Shown here: piece after piece, positions 47,294-57,190 of the stretch
How positions within the stretch are numbered: the first letter of the stretch is position 1
How the letters are laid out: every line of letters starts with the position of its first letter
Program-made: the position numbers and the translations under genes
Assembly: GCA_030017685.1 (NCBI GenBank)
Contig: JASEHH010000008.1
Coordinates: 685-64,684, forward strand
Direction: 5' to 3'
DNA length: 64,000 nt
DNA from: Thermodesulfobacteriota bacterium
Lineage (GTDB): Bacteria > Desulfobacterota > BSN033 > UBA1163
Notes under the pieces: generated by a model
What the model was told of the DNA's origin: nothing
The model's database searches: none
Seen by the model: only the letters and a program-made list of their open reading frames with translations

Positions 47294-48712
47294 ATGACAG
47301 AACATATTCCGTTTGAGAAGATTCTAAAGGAGGCCCTCAAGGAGGGTGGGGAGTTTGCGGATCTCTTCTTTGAGCAGACCTATTCGGTTGTGGTCGTCTG
47401 TGAAGAGGATCGTATCGAAAAGATGATTTCGGGCCAGGACACGGGAGTGGGACTTCGGGTCCTTTTCGATGGAAGAACCTTTTACAGTTTTACCAACCGG
47501 CTGGAAGAAGAGGGCCTTCTTGATTTGGCCAGGGTGGTCAGCCGCGCAGTTAAAGAAGACCGTGGAGAAAGGATCTTCAATCTCCTCCATCAGGGAAAGG
47601 CTGCTCCCTCCGCCCCTTCGGTTCATTCTCCCCTTGCGCCGATTGAGAAACATCCCCGGGGGATTCCGGTCGGAGAGAAGGTTTCAATGGTGAATCGGGC
47701 CAATGAGGTTGCACGGAAACTCGATTCCCGGGTCCGCCAGGTCAAGGTCCTCTACCGGGATGTGAGCCAATCTCTTTCCATTGCCAATTCGGAAGGTTTA
47801 TGGATAGAGGGGGAGAGAGTGGGGACGGTCTTTTCCGTTCAGGTTGTTGCCTCTCAAGAGGAGATCATCCAGACCGGATACGAACCGATAGGAGGAACGA
47901 CGGGCTTTGAGCTCTTCGACCTCTGCCCTCCGGAGCGAGTGGCTGAGATAGCGGCAGAGAGATCACTCCTCATGCTATCGGCAAGGAAGGCTCCCATGGG
48001 GAGAATGGCCGTTGTCCTGTCGAGCGATGCAGGTGGGACGATGATCCATGAAGCCATTGGACATGGACTGGAGGCAGACCTGGCTCAACAGGGCCTCTCC
48101 GTCTATTCAAAGAAGATTGGAGAGAAAGTAGCCTCTTCTCTGATCACCGTAGTCGATGATTCCAAACTCTCACAAAAGAGAGGTTCTTATGCCTTTGATG
48201 ACGAGGGAGTTGTTTCTCAAAGGACAGTCTTGGTAGAAGGAGGAATCTTAAAGAGGTATCTTTACGATCGTCTTACCGCCTTCAAAGACGGTGTTTCATC
48301 AACCGGAAACGGAAGGAAGGAATCCTATCATCACAAACCCGTTCCCAGGATGAGCAACACTCTCATTCTTCCAGGGATCACGAAGCCCGAAGAGATCATC
48401 CGCTCTGTGGAGAAGGGTTTATTCGTGAAGAAGATGGGCGGCGGGCAGGTCAATACGGTCAATGGTGATTTTGTCTTTGAGGTGAGCGAGGGATACCTGA
48501 TCGAAAAAGGGAGCATCGGAGAACCGGTCCGTGGAGCCATTCTGATCGGCAACGGGCCTCAGGTATTAAAAGAGATCGACATGGTCGGCGATGATTTGGG
48601 ATTCGGAATCGGGACCTGTGGAAAGGATGGTCAGGGCGTCCCGGTTGCAGACGCCCAACCCACGCTGAGGATTCCGGAGATCGTTGTGGGAGGACGGGAG
48701 AACCCTGATTAA
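47294..48712 (+). CDS. tldD: TldD metalloprotease
   Basis: GGEFADLFFE, HEAIGHGLEAD, FDDEG, TGNGR, PRMSNT, CGKDGQ. Confidence 0.92.
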   Translation: MTEHIPFEKILKEALKEGGEFADLFFEQTYSVVVVCEEDRIEKMISGQDTGVGLRVLFDGRTFYSFTNRLEEEGLLDLARVVSRAVKEDRGERIFNLLHQGKAAPSAPSVHSPLAPIEKHPRGIPVGEKVSMVNRANEVARKLDSRVRQVKVLYRDVSQSLSIANSEGLWIEGERVGTVFSVQVVASQEEIIQTGYEPIGGTTGFELFDLCPPERVAEIAAERSLLMLSARKAPMGRMAVVLSSDAGGTMIHEAIGHGLEADLAQQGLSVYSKKIGEKVASSLITVVDDSKLSQKRGSYAFDDEGVVSQRTVLVEGGILKRYLYDRLTAFKDGVSSTGNGRKESYHHKPVPRMSNTLILPGITKPEEIIRSVEKGLFVKKMGGGQVNTVNGDFVFEVSEGYLIEKGSIGEPVRGAILIGNGPQVLKEIDMVGDDLGFGIGTCGKDGQGVPVADAQPTLRIPEIVVGGRENPD

Positions 48713-48926
48713 AGAAGATGGGGAGATGGGGGGATAGGGAGGTGGGGAGAACAAATGCGGATTTCGGATTGCGGAATGCGGAATGAAAACACGAATACAG
48801 AGATAGGGAGGTGGGGAGACGCGGTGATAAAGTTCGGAGTTTAAAGTTCGGATTTTAGATTTTGGATTTAAAAACTTGAAACTTGCATCTTGAACCTTGC
48901 AACTTGCAACTATCTACACCTAACAC

Positions 48927-49081
48927 TGATTAAATCGTAAAAAGGTCATTCCCGTGAAAACGGGAATCCAGAGAATTCTAACTACTTGAAAATGCTGGAT
49001 TCCTGCTGGAGTTTACCCCGTACTTGATACGGGGCAGGAATGACTGATGATGGGCTTTTCAGACTTTTTACGAGACAATCA
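48927..49081 (+). mobile_element. Repeat family C (dRS3/REPIN-like inside TCGTAAAAAG..TTTTTACGA ends), copy 1
   Basis: GTCATTCCCGTGAAAACGGGAATCCAG...CTGGATTCCTGCT[insert]GCAGGAATGAC. Confidence 0.8.
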
Positions 49082-49084
49082 ACA

Positions 49085-50407
49085 CTATGTATCATTCATT
49101 TCTCCGGCGGGTTCGGGAAGTTTTTCTAATTTTACCTTTGAGATCCTCCTACCCACCATTTCAACGATATGAATTCTTTTTCCTTCAACCTCCACCCAAT
49201 CATTGTCCTCAGGAATCTTTTGCAGAGTGGCCATCAGGAATCCCCCCAGGGTTTCGTATTCAGGGGATTCCGGAAGTGAGATCTGATAGTCCTCTTTTAA
49301 ATCTCTCAGGCTGATCGATGCATCGATCAGGAGGGTTCCGTCTTTCAACGGGGTAACAGGACTTTCGGTATCATGTTCGTCCCTGATCTCCCCAACAATC
49401 TCTTCGATCAAATCCTCGATGGTCACTAAACCAGAAACGCCGCCATATTCATCTACCACGAGGGCCATATGGATTCTTCTCTTTTGCATTTCTTTTAGGA
49501 GGAGACTGATGTTCATTGTCTCGGGGATAAAGAAAGGGGCACGGATGGTCTTCCGAATATCCACCTGGCCTGTTTTTCCAAGGAGGGTAAGAAAATCTTT
49601 TGCATTGAGGATTCCTCTGATGTCATTCGGCTCCCTTCCGAAGACAGGGTATCGGGAGAACTGTTCCTCTTCGATGATTGAAAGAATTTCCTGGGTTGGT
49701 CGATCGATCTGGATCGCTACCATCTGTGTGTCGGGGACCATCACTTCTTTGACAGACATGTCCGTAAATTCAAAAACGCTTTGAAGGATCTTTTCTTCCG
49801 TAGACTCAAAAACGCCATGTTTTCCGCCTTCTTTGATCAAGAGCTTTACCTCTTCTTCGGTAATATAAGCCCTTTCAGTAAAAGGCTTTCTACCAAAGGG
49901 GGCGAGCACGAGGGAGGTGCTGAAGGTGAGAAACTTGACAAAGATGGAAGCAACCTTTGAAAAAGCATCAACGGTTCTTGCGGTCCAGAGCCCGACTGTT
50001 TCAGGATGCATCAAAGCAATGGACTTCGGCACGAGTTCACCGAAGATCACGGAGAAATAAGTAATCAAGACGACCACGATCCCAATGGCAATAGGCTCAG
50101 CGGCAATTGAGATGGCTTTTATGGGAACCGACTGTAAGGCCGGTTTGATCACCTCGGCAGCGGCGGCTCCTCCAACCGCAGAGGCAAGAACACTCACGCC
50201 GGTAATTCCAATTTGGATCGTTGCTAAAAACCGGTCAGGATTTTCTTTCAGCCTCAGCAAGATTTTCGCATTTCTTTTTCCACTTTCAACCATCTGCTGG
50301 ACCCGGCTCTTCCTGGCCGTGACCACGGCGATCTCTGTGCCGGCGAGATAACCATTCAAGAGAATAAGGATGGCAATAAAAAATACCTCTCCAAAAAGTT
50401 CTTGCAT
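49085..50407 (-). CDS. HlyC/CorC (CNNM-CBS-CorC) family transporter
   Basis: FLATIQIGIT, GELVPKSIA, FSRYPV, VVDEYGG..GLVTIEDLIEEIVGEI.DE, YETLGG. Confidence 0.92.
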   Translation of the reverse strand: MQELFGEVFFIAILILLNGYLAGTEIAVVTARKSRVQQMVESGKRNAKILLRLKENPDRFLATIQIGITGVSVLASAVGGAAAAEVIKPALQSVPIKAISIAAEPIAIGIVVVLITYFSVIFGELVPKSIALMHPETVGLWTARTVDAFSKVASIFVKFLTFSTSLVLAPFGRKPFTERAYITEEEVKLLIKEGGKHGVFESTEEKILQSVFEFTDMSVKEVMVPDTQMVAIQIDRPTQEILSIIEEEQFSRYPVFGREPNDIRGILNAKDFLTLLGKTGQVDIRKTIRAPFFIPETMNISLLLKEMQKRRIHMALVVDEYGGVSGLVTIEDLIEEIVGEIRDEHDTESPVTPLKDGTLLIDASISLRDLKEDYQISLPESPEYETLGGFLMATLQKIPEDNDWVEVEGKRIHIVEMVGRRISKVKLEKLPEPAGEMNDT

Positions 50408-50453
50408 TTCGACCTCCCTACCTTTTCATAAAAATATGGAAGAAGTTTAAAAA

Positions 50454-50586
50454 TGGTAGAATCGTAAAAAGTCGTCATTCCCGTGAAAACGGGAATCCAG
50501 AGAATTTAACTAAATGAAAATACTGGATTCCTGCTTGCGCAGGAATGACAGAAAATCTCCCTTTCAGATTTTTTACGAGACCATCA
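50454..50586 (+). mobile_element. Repeat family C, copy 2
   Basis: Same GTCATTCCCGTGAAAACGGGAATCCAG...CTGGATTCCTGCTTGCGCAGGAATGAC core. Confidence 0.8.
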
Positions 50587-50647
50587 AAAATGACAGAAGA
50601 AAACTGTCGGGTTTCATTCAACAGTTTTTTCGAAGGAAGAGATTTTT

Positions 50648-51814
50648 TTAAAAATTGATCTTCTTGAGTCGTTCGATTGCCTCTTGTAACCTCGACTCAT
50701 CCACCGTCAGGGTCATCCGGATATAACCCTCTCCTGCTTCTCCGAAACCATTGCCCGGAGTGGCGACGATTCCTGCCTTTTCAATCAGGAGCGTGGCGAA
50801 TTGGGCGGAAGTGTATCCTTGCGGAACCCGGATCCAGAGATAAAAGGTAGCCCTCGGCATGTCCACTTCCAGGCCCATCTCCCGGAGGCCTTTTACCATC
50901 ACATCCCTCCGGCCCTCATAGATGCGGATGATGTTGGGGATGGGCGTATCATAGCGGTTAAGGGCTTCTATTCCGGCTTCCTGGATCGCCTGAAAGAGGC
51001 CCGAGTCGATATTGGTCTTGACCCTTCCCAATCCGGAGACAATTTCAGAATTGCCCACGGCAAAACCGATTCTCCAGCCTGTCATGTTAAAGGTTTTTGA
51101 AAGGCTGTGGAATTCGATTCCCACTTCTTTCGCCCCTTCGACCTCAAAGAAGCTGAGCGGCCGATAGCCGTCGAAAGCCAGTTCAGAGTAAGCCGCATCA
51201 TGGCAGACGATAATCCTGTAACGCCGGGCAAAGGCGACCACCTCTTCAAAGAAAGGTTTCTCGGCGATAGCCGATGTTGGATTATTGGGGTAATTGATGA
51301 AGAGAAGTTTCGACCTCTCCGCAACTTCTTTTGGGATTTCAGAAAGTTTTGGCAGAAAGCCATTCTCCTTGAGAAGGGGCAGGAAGTAGGGAGTTCCTCC
51401 TGCGAGGAGGGTCGCCACACGATAGACCGGATATCCCGGACTGGGCACAAGCACATAATCTCCCGGATTGACAAAGGCCAGGGGGATATGGGCAATGCCT
51501 TCTTTTGAGCCGATTAAGGTGAGCACCTCTGTTTTTGGATCAAACGTGACACCAAATCTCCTCTCAAACCATTGAGCCGCCGCAGTTCTGAATTCGATCA
51601 TCCCTTCATAGGAGGGATAATGGTGATTTCCTGGGTCTTCGGAGGCTTTTTTCATTCGTTCGATGATCGGCTGAGGAGTGGGAAGATCAGGGTCTCCGAT
51701 CCCCAGGTCGATGAGATCCATCCCCTTCTTCCTCATCTCCTCTTTCTTCTTGTCGATCTCCGCAAAGAGGTATGGGGGAATTTGGTCAATCCGTTTCGCT
51801 TTTTCAATCCGCAT
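50648..51814 (-). CDS. dapL: LL-diaminopimelate aminotransferase
   Basis: PPYLFAEID, LGIGDPD, GSKEGIAH, NYPNNPT, HDAAYSE, HSLSKTFNMTGWRIG. Confidence 0.85.
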   Translation of the reverse strand: MRIEKAKRIDQIPPYLFAEIDKKKEEMRKKGMDLIDLGIGDPDLPTPQPIIERMKKASEDPGNHHYPSYEGMIEFRTAAAQWFERRFGVTFDPKTEVLTLIGSKEGIAHIPLAFVNPGDYVLVPSPGYPVYRVATLLAGGTPYFLPLLKENGFLPKLSEIPKEVAERSKLLFINYPNNPTSAIAEKPFFEEVVAFARRYRIIVCHDAAYSELAFDGYRPLSFFEVEGAKEVGIEFHSLSKTFNMTGWRIGFAVGNSEIVSGLGRVKTNIDSGLFQAIQEAGIEALNRYDTPIPNIIRIYEGRRDVMVKGLREMGLEVDMPRATFYLWIRVPQGYTSAQFATLLIEKAGIVATPGNGFGEAGEGYIRMTLTVDESRLQEAIERLKKINF

Positions 51815-51889
51815 GCGTTTCTCCTTCCCACCCGGTGTAAATATCTTTTATCCTATGACCATCCGAAATTCAAGAAGAAAAGAAGCATC

Positions 51890-52127
51890 GTAATACCTCA
51901 TCTATGGGGGTCACATAATTCCTGATAAAATTTAATTAGACCCGATAGGCGGGACATTCTCTCCGAACCAGAGGCTCTTCCCTCCGGGGCAGAAGCCCCT
52001 CTGGGGCGGAGCCTGAGCCGGAGGCCTGTCCCGTCTATGTTGAAAGCGGGGTTAGACCTGCAGCAGGCCCCGCCTATCGACTCCACCTATCAATGGAATG
52101 AAATTACTCCCATGACTGAGGGGTTAC
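51890..52127 (+). mobile_element. MITE-like repeat family A, copy 3 (most complete)
   Basis: Imperfect ends GTAATACCTCATCTATGGGG / CTCCCATGACTGAGGGGTTAC with nested internal hairpins. Confidence 0.8.
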
Positions 52128-52146
52128 AGGGCTTAAGTTTTTAATA

Positions 52147-52175
52147 TTGACATCAACCCCCCTTCCTATCATAAT
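52147..52175 (+). promoter_or_regulatory. Sigma70-like promoter for bamD-lptA
   Basis: TTGACA-17 nt-CATAAT. Confidence 0.6.
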
Positions 52176-52203
52176 TATAGGCAATTTTTAAAAAGAAGGT
52201 CCG

Positions 52204-53859
52204 ATGAAAAAGAAGCCTGTTATTCAAATACTCCTTCTCCTTTTCATTCTCTTCTCCCTTTTGAACGGATGCGCCGGGAAGGGAAAGGATGTCAAAACGA
52301 TCAAGGGAGATCCGGAAGTCCTCTACCGCCAGGGATTGGAGCTGTTCAATAAGAGGGACTATTCCGAGGCATTAAAGATATTTGAACAGATCAAGTCCAA
52401 CTTTCCGGATAGCCCGCCTTATACCCAGTGGGCAGAGGTAAAGGTCGGGGATTGCCATTTCTTTAATAAGGATTACGTGGAAGCCATCGCCGCCTATGAA
52501 GAGTTTAAAAAGACCCGTCCCACCCATGAAGATATCCCTTATGTTCAATATCAGATCGGTATGGCTTATTTCAACCAGATGCGAACCCACGACCGGGATC
52601 AGACCTCCACCCAAAAGGCCCTCTCCAACTTCGAATATTTAGTCGCCAATACCCCTCCCGGCATTTTCACTGACAAGGCTAAAGAAAAGATTGAGACCTG
52701 CAAGAAGCAGTTGGCTGACCATGAGTTCTATATTGGAAATTTTTATTACAAAAAGGGAAAATATCTGGCTGCAGCCTCCCGGTTCGAAGGATTACTGGAG
52801 AAGTTCCCGAAGAGGACTGAAGAGGATAAGGCGCTTTATCTTTTAGGGAAAAGCTGTCTTGAACTCGATCAATGGGAGAAGGCCAGAGAAGCCTTTACGA
52901 GGATTGTCAACGAATATCCGAAGAGTTCCCATTACAGGGAGGCCAAATCGATCCTGGATCAGGGCAAGAAGGAGAAGACGGTTATTCGCAAGGCAAAAGC
53001 CAAAGATCCCAAAAAGAAGGGGGATGCGAAAGAGGGAGAGGCTGAAACAGTTGCTCTGGCCAAATTCGATGAAGAGAGAAGACGGCCGGTTTTACTGAAA
53101 GATGATAAGATGGAGTTAAGGAGGGAAGAGAGGAAGGTTGTTCCTCCTTCCGCTGAAAAGCCGGGAGAGCCGGTAGTTCCAAAAGAAGAGACCAGGAAAG
53201 TGACCCCGCCATTGGTAAAATATGAAGAGGAAGGAAGACAACCTCGTGCTCCCTCCCCCCTGCCTCCTCCGAAGGAAGAATTAAAGGTCGAGGCAAAACC
53301 GGAGGATGAAAAGCGGATGGCGCCGCTGCCCCTCCCACCTGCAACACCTGAGACCAAGGAAATACCGCCCCTCCCCTCAATGAAGGAGAGGGAGATTTTG
53401 AGAAAGGAGACTCCCGCTGAATCCAAGGAAGTCAAATTGGGGGACACGGGCGAGCCCATTGACATCACTTCGGACAGGGTGGAGACCTTTTCCAAAGAGA
53501 ATCTGATTGTCTTCAAGGGGAATGTGATGGCCCGACAGAAGGATATGGTCATCTATTCCGATTCTCTCGAGGCCTTGGTCTTTGAAGATGGCAAGGGGAT
53601 TGAGAGGGTGGTGGCCGGAGGGAATGTGAAAATCCAGCAGGGGCTTCGGGTCGCCAATTGTCAGAAAGCGGTCTTTTATAATCGGGATCAGAGAGTGGTT
53701 TTGACCGGCGACCCAAAAGTATGGGAAGGCGATAATTTGGTCTCCGGAGAGGAGATCATCTTCGATATTGCGAAGAATCGTATAGAGGTAAAAGGAGGAC
53801 CGGGAGGGAGAGGGAAGGTGAGAGTTCTTCCCGGAGGAGAATTTGAAAAGTTGAAATGA
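52204..53859 (+). CDS. bamD: BamD lipoprotein fused through a Pro/Lys/Glu-rich linker to an LptA/OstA-like domain
   Basis: Lipobox LNGC; BamD motifs (YVEAIAAYEEF..P, RDQ, LADHEFYIGNFY..AAASRF); C-terminal PIDITSDR..FKGNVMARQ..AGGNVKIQQ..LTGDPKV..GEEI. Confidence 0.85.
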   Translation: MKKKPVIQILLLLFILFSLLNGCAGKGKDVKTIKGDPEVLYRQGLELFNKRDYSEALKIFEQIKSNFPDSPPYTQWAEVKVGDCHFFNKDYVEAIAAYEEFKKTRPTHEDIPYVQYQIGMAYFNQMRTHDRDQTSTQKALSNFEYLVANTPPGIFTDKAKEKIETCKKQLADHEFYIGNFYYKKGKYLAAASRFEGLLEKFPKRTEEDKALYLLGKSCLELDQWEKAREAFTRIVNEYPKSSHYREAKSILDQGKKEKTVIRKAKAKDPKKKGDAKEGEAETVALAKFDEERRRPVLLKDDKMELRREERKVVPPSAEKPGEPVVPKEETRKVTPPLVKYEEEGRQPRAPSPLPPPKEELKVEAKPEDEKRMAPLPLPPATPETKEIPPLPSMKEREILRKETPAESKEVKLGDTGEPIDITSDRVETFSKENLIVFKGNVMARQKDMVIYSDSLEALVFEDGKGIERVVAGGNVKIQQGLRVANCQKAVFYNRDQRVVLTGDPKVWEGDNLVSGEEIIFDIAKNRIEVKGGPGGRGKVRVLPGGEFEKLK

Positions 53860-54070
53860 TAAGATGGCTCCTCGGTCTGATCTTTCTCCTTTTATTCATT
53901 CACGCCTGCCAGACCTCTTCTGATATAAGACTAAAGATTCCAATCTAAAATCCCGAATGGAAGCATCTCCAATTCCGTGATGACAGAATGGACTCCAGAG
54001 GGGCAGGCGGACCAGACTCCGAAATCTTTAGGATTGATCATTAGCATGTTGCTGAAAAAGTCTTTTTATT

Positions 54071-54195
54071 CAGGATGCTCAAAAATGCCCAGATACGAGG
54101 TGCCCGAAATCCTGAGGAGTGAGACGTACTTGGACGTACGTCGCAACGACGAAGGATGAGGGGAACGAAGTAGATGGGCGTTTTTCAGAATCCTG
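54071..54195. mobile_element. MITE-like palindromic element, flanked further out by a 21-bp inverted pair (53995-54015 / 54302-54322)
   Basis: CAGGATGCTCAAAAATGCCCA ... TGGGCGTTTTTCAGAATCCTG. Confidence 0.7.
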
Positions 54196-54444
54196 TTAGA
54201 CGTTTAAGGGAAACTTTCATAGTCAATGAAAATGAGGTTTTTATTGGTTTTGGAGCGTCCGGAGTTAATCCTTAAGCGGTGCCGCCCTAAATCTTTCTCC
54301 GCTGGCCCGCCTGCCCCTCTGGATTTGGCATTCCCATGGATTTCTATCACGGGAAAAAAGATGCTTACATCCCGAATGGGGAATTTGACAATTCGGAAAA
54401 AAAATTATTAAAATGAATCATTTAGCGAATTTCGGGCATGGGCC

Positions 54445-55785
54445 ATGTTTGACAATCTTTCATCCAAATTAGATGGCGTTTTTAAGAAACTTCGAGGCCA
54501 CGGAAAGTTAACGGAGCAAAATATCCAGGAGGCCCTCAAAGAGGTGAGGGTGGCCCTGCTCGAGGCGGATGTCAATTTTAAGGTGGTGAAGGATTTCGTC
54601 CAGTCTGTCCAAGGGAGAGCCATCGGTCAGGAGGTGATGGCAAGCCTTACCCCTGCTCAGCAATTGATCAAGATCGTGAAGGAGGAGATGACTTCACTGA
54701 TGGGCGGCCAGGAGCAGAGGATTCAACTTTCAGGAAGTCCTCCTGTCCCGATCATGCTGGTCGGCCTGCACGGATGTGGAAAGACAACCACTGCGGCCAA
54801 ACTGGCACGCCACTTCCAGGGGATGAAGAAACGACCCTACCTCGTCCCAGCGGATGTCTACCGTCCGGCCGCCATCGAGCAGTTGCAAAAATTAGGGGAG
54901 GAGCTGAAGGTCGATTTCTACCGGCCCGGATCCTCGCAGATGCCGCTCGATATCTGCCTCAAGGCGAGGGATGCGGCCCTGAAGGGGGGATACGACCTGA
55001 TGCTCATCGATACGGCTGGAAGGCTTCATATCGATGAGGCATTGATGCTTGAACTTAGAGAAATCAAAACGCAGATCAAACCGAGAGAGGTTCTTTTCGT
55101 CGCCGACGCCATGACCGGACAGGATGCCGTCAATGTCGCAAAGAGTTTTAATGAGCGGCTGGGCGTCGATGGAATCATCCTGACCAAAATGGACGGGGAT
55201 GCCCGTGGAGGAGCGGCCCTTTCGATCAAAGCGGTGACGCAGAGACCCATTAAATTCATCGGCGTCGGGGAGAAGTTAGATGCCCTCGAAGTCTTCCATC
55301 CCGAACGGATGGTTTCAAGAATTCTGGGCATGGGTGATGTCCTGACCCTGATCGAGAAGGCAGAGGCCACCTTTGATGAGAAGAAGGTTAGAGAATTAGA
55401 GAAGAAGATCCGGAAGGATTCTTTCACGCTGGAGGATTTCCGGGATCAGCTCCAGCAAGTCCGGAAGATGGGATCGCTCGAATCGATCCTCAATATGATC
55501 CCCGGGCTTCCCAAAAAGATGAAAGGGATGGAAGGCCTCCAGGTGGATGATAGGGAACTGTTGAGAGTGGAGGCCATCATCAACTCGATGACGTTCAGGG
55601 AGAGGGCCAATTTCACGATCATCAACGGAAGCCGGCGATTAAGGATTGCGACGGGAAGCGGGACAACCGTTCAGGAGGTAAATCGACTCTTAAAACAGTA
55701 TGCCCAGGCCCGAAAGATGATGAAACAGTTTTCCAAAATGGGAGGAAAAGGATTGGGAAGAGGACAGGTACCATTCTTTTCGTAA
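54445..55785 (+). CDS. ffh: Signal recognition particle protein
   Basis: [40 protein letters not shown] domain. Confidence 0.97.
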   Translation: MFDNLSSKLDGVFKKLRGHGKLTEQNIQEALKEVRVALLEADVNFKVVKDFVQSVQGRAIGQEVMASLTPAQQLIKIVKEEMTSLMGGQEQRIQLSGSPPVPIMLVGLHGCGKTTTAAKLARHFQGMKKRPYLVPADVYRPAAIEQLQKLGEELKVDFYRPGSSQMPLDICLKARDAALKGGYDLMLIDTAGRLHIDEALMLELREIKTQIKPREVLFVADAMTGQDAVNVAKSFNERLGVDGIILTKMDGDARGGAALSIKAVTQRPIKFIGVGEKLDALEVFHPERMVSRILGMGDVLTLIEKAEATFDEKKVRELEKKIRKDSFTLEDFRDQLQQVRKMGSLESILNMIPGLPKKMKGMEGLQVDDRELLRVEAIINSMTFRERANFTIINGSRRLRIATGSGTTVQEVNRLLKQYAQARKMMKQFSKMGGKGLGRGQVPFFS

Positions 55786-55907
55786 AGACGCATAGCGCAT
55801 GGCGCATAGAGCATAGCGTCTTAGATTCAGTTTCAAGTAAGGTTTTCGCTATGCGCTTTGCTCTCTGCCCTATGCGATTTTTTGATAAAGGAGGTGATCA
55901 AAGCAAT

Positions 55908-56177
55908 ATGGCTGCATCAATGAGATTGATGAGATTTGGTGGGAAGAAGAAGCCTTTTTATCGGATTGTGGTTGCAGACCGCCGTTCTCCGAGAGATGGA
56001 AGGTTTATCGAACAAGTAGGGACTTACAATCCCGGGAAAGATCCGGCAGAAGTCCGAATTAAGGAAGAGAAGGCGATAGGCTGGCTGAAAAAGGGAGCCC
56101 AGCCCACCCCGACCGTCCGTCAGCTTCTGATTCGATCAGGTGTGACGAAGAAGTTGGCGGAGAGCAAAAAAGAGTAG
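55908..56177 (+). CDS. rpsP: 30S ribosomal protein S16
   Basis: [34 protein letters not shown]; RBS AGGAGG. Confidence 0.96.
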   Translation: MAASMRLMRFGGKKKPFYRIVVADRRSPRDGRFIEQVGTYNPGKDPAEVRIKEEKAIGWLKKGAQPTPTVRQLLIRSGVTKKLAESKKE

Positions 56178-56202
56178 ATTGCCTTTTCTTCCTGGATTGA
56201 TA

Positions 56203-56371
56203 CGTTCGACGGCGCCAAACCCCGATTTTTAAATCGGGGTAATGGTTCGACAAGCTCACCATCCCGAGCAGAGTCGAGGGAAAAGCGCCGCTCAGTATCA
56301 ACCCTGAGCATACCCCGGGCGCCTGTCCTGAACGAAGTTGAAGGGTCAGACCGGGGAGTCGAATGGGTTGA
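56203..56371. repeat. Nested REP-like composite (TTCGAC..GCTCA / CCTGAGC..GTCGAA family)
   Basis: TGGTTCGACAAGCTCACCATCCCGAGCAGAGTCGAGGG and GCCTGTCCTGAACGAAGTTGAAGGG nested within outer palindromes. Confidence 0.65.
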
Positions 56372-56416
56372 TTTCCAAGGATCTCTCCGAGAGCGGTTGC
56401 TCGAATTGGAGGTGGG

Positions 56417-56656
56417 ATGATGACGACAAAGGAGTTGATTGAGTTTATCGCCAAGGCATTGGTCGACCATCCGGAGCAGGTCAGGGTTTCTGAAGTCGAA
56501 GGAGAGAGGACCTCGGTCATCGAGCTCTCCGTAGCAAAGGATGATTTGGGGAAGGTGATCGGAAAACAGGGCAGAACGGCAAGATCCATCCGTGTGATTC
56601 TGGGAGCGGCTTCTGCCAATCTGGGTAAACGCTCTGTCCTGGAAATCATCGAATAG
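56417..56656 (+). CDS. khpA: KH-domain RNA-binding protein
   Basis: [27 protein letters not shown]; conserved position after rpsP. Confidence 0.93.
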   Translation: MMTTKELIEFIAKALVDHPEQVRVSEVEGERTSVIELSVAKDDLGKVIGKQGRTARSIRVILGAASANLGKRSVLEIIE

Positions 56657-56662
56657 CGACCC

Positions 56663-57190
56663 ATGGAGCAAACTCTTTACCCGATCGGGAGGGTGGGCAA
56701 GCCCCATGGGGTCAGGGGGAAGATCAAAGTAGATTATTTCGGGGAGGACCCCGACCGCTTTCTCCTTTATCAGAAGATTTTCATCAAGGACGACTCAGGA
56801 AGACCGGAACCCTTTGAAGTTCTGGAAGTCACCCCTCAACCGCCACGCCTCATCCTAAGATTGAAAGGGATCGAAAGGATCGAAGAGACGGAGGGTCTCA
56901 TCGGTAAGGAGATTCTCGTCCGCAGAGAAGATCTTCCCGAGCCGGAAGAGGGGGAATATTACTGGTTCGAGATTCTGGGGATGGCGGTCGAGACAGAGAA
57001 AGGCAAAAGGATCGGCACGGTGAAGAAGATCTTTCCAACAGGCGCCCATGATGTCTATGTCGTCGAGGGAAAGAGAGGAGAGATCTTTCTGCCGGCAACC
57101 GAAGGGGTGATCCAAGGCATTGACCGTCAAAGAAGGGTGATGACGGTGGTCCGGATGGAAGGGTTGTGGGAGGAGGAAGATGAGATTTGA
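56663..57190 (+). CDS. rimM: 16S rRNA processing protein
   Basis: [31 protein letters not shown]. Confidence 0.95.
   Translation: MEQTLYPIGRVGKPHGVRGKIKVDYFGEDPDRFLLYQKIFIKDDSGRPEPFEVLEVTPQPPRLILRLKGIERIEETEGLIGKEILVRREDLPEPEEGEYYWFEILGMAVETEKGKRIGTVKKIFPTGAHDVYVVEGKRGEIFLPATEGVIQGIDRQRRVMTVVRMEGLWEEEDEI

Noticed and set aside
53860-54444. Possible SRP RNA (ffs) next to ffh
   Set aside because: No SRP domain IV motif (CAGG..GGAA..AGCAG) seen; the structure is explained by repeats.
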